This document shows, piece after piece, positions 63,626 through 64,000 of a stretch of 64,000 nt of DNA. A model generated the notes under the pieces. That model did no database searches. It was not told the DNA's origin and was given only the letters and a program-made list of their open reading frames with translations. Each line of letters starts with the position of its first letter. Position 1 is the first letter of the stretch. The stretch is from Mobula hypostoma (Eukaryota). The position numbers and the translations under genes are program-made. Location of the stretch: positions 191,210,001 through 191,274,000 of the forward strand of contig NC_086097.1 in the NCBI RefSeq assembly GCF_963921235.1, given 5' to 3'.

Positions 63626-64000
63626 CTAGCCTATCAAGTCTGCTCCACCAGTCAATCATGCCTGATCCTTTTTTTTTCTCCTCCTCAACCCTAGTACCCA
63701 GCCTTCTCCCCATAACATTTGATGCCATGTCCAATCAAGAATCTACAATCTCTGCCTTAAATACACCGAATGACCTGGCCTCCACAGCTGCATGTGGCAA
63801 CAAATTCCACAAATTCACCACCCATTGGCTAAAGAAATTTCTCTGCATCTCTGTTTTGAAAGGGTGCCCCTCTATCCTGAGGCCGTGCCCTCTTGTCCTA
63901 GACTCTCCCACAATGGGAAACATCCATTCCACATCTGCTCTGTCTAGGCCTTTCAACATTCAAAAGATTTCAATGAGATCCTCCCTCATCCTTCTGAATT
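63626..64000 (-). mobile_element. CR1 3' end, continues beyond the window
   Basis: RTRGHGLRI, RNFFSQWVVNLWN. Confidence 0.88.

Noticed and set aside
1..64000. RT plus RNase H plus nuclease plus hairpin as a prokaryotic retron/DGR/defence system
   Set aside because: Context is eukaryotic; each part belongs to a separate known retrotransposon clade with its own insertion boundaries

Overview
Eukaryotic (vertebrate) DNA, about three-quarters or more transposable-element derived by eye. The repeat repertoire best fits a cartilaginous fish, probably a ray (inference only). It comprises dense CR1 LINEs with esterase-type ORF1, Rex1/Babar-like LINE tails, Penelope pLTRs, RTE, RNase H-bearing I/Nimb LINEs and a hAT-Buster transposon. 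No intact host gene, rRNA, tRNA or CRISPR array is supported, and nearly all ORFs in the track are TE fragments or their antisense shadows. Main structures: (1) two copies of an I/Nimb-type LINE; (2) several young Penelope insertions with inverted pLTRs, each pLTR carrying a minimal hammerhead-ribozyme motif, including a perfect 97-bp-arm hairpin; (3) a complete but dead Buster/Charlie transposon (TIRs plus 8-bp TSD) holding a CR1 that holds a Penelope palindrome; (4) a ~630-bp non-coding retroelement in two copies; (5) two solo LTRs with 5-bp TSDs; (6) exon-like blocks in the unique DNA on both strands, several joining in frame but carrying stops. These suggest one or two decayed spliced genes that I could not identify. 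Repeat boundaries without a TSD are approximate.
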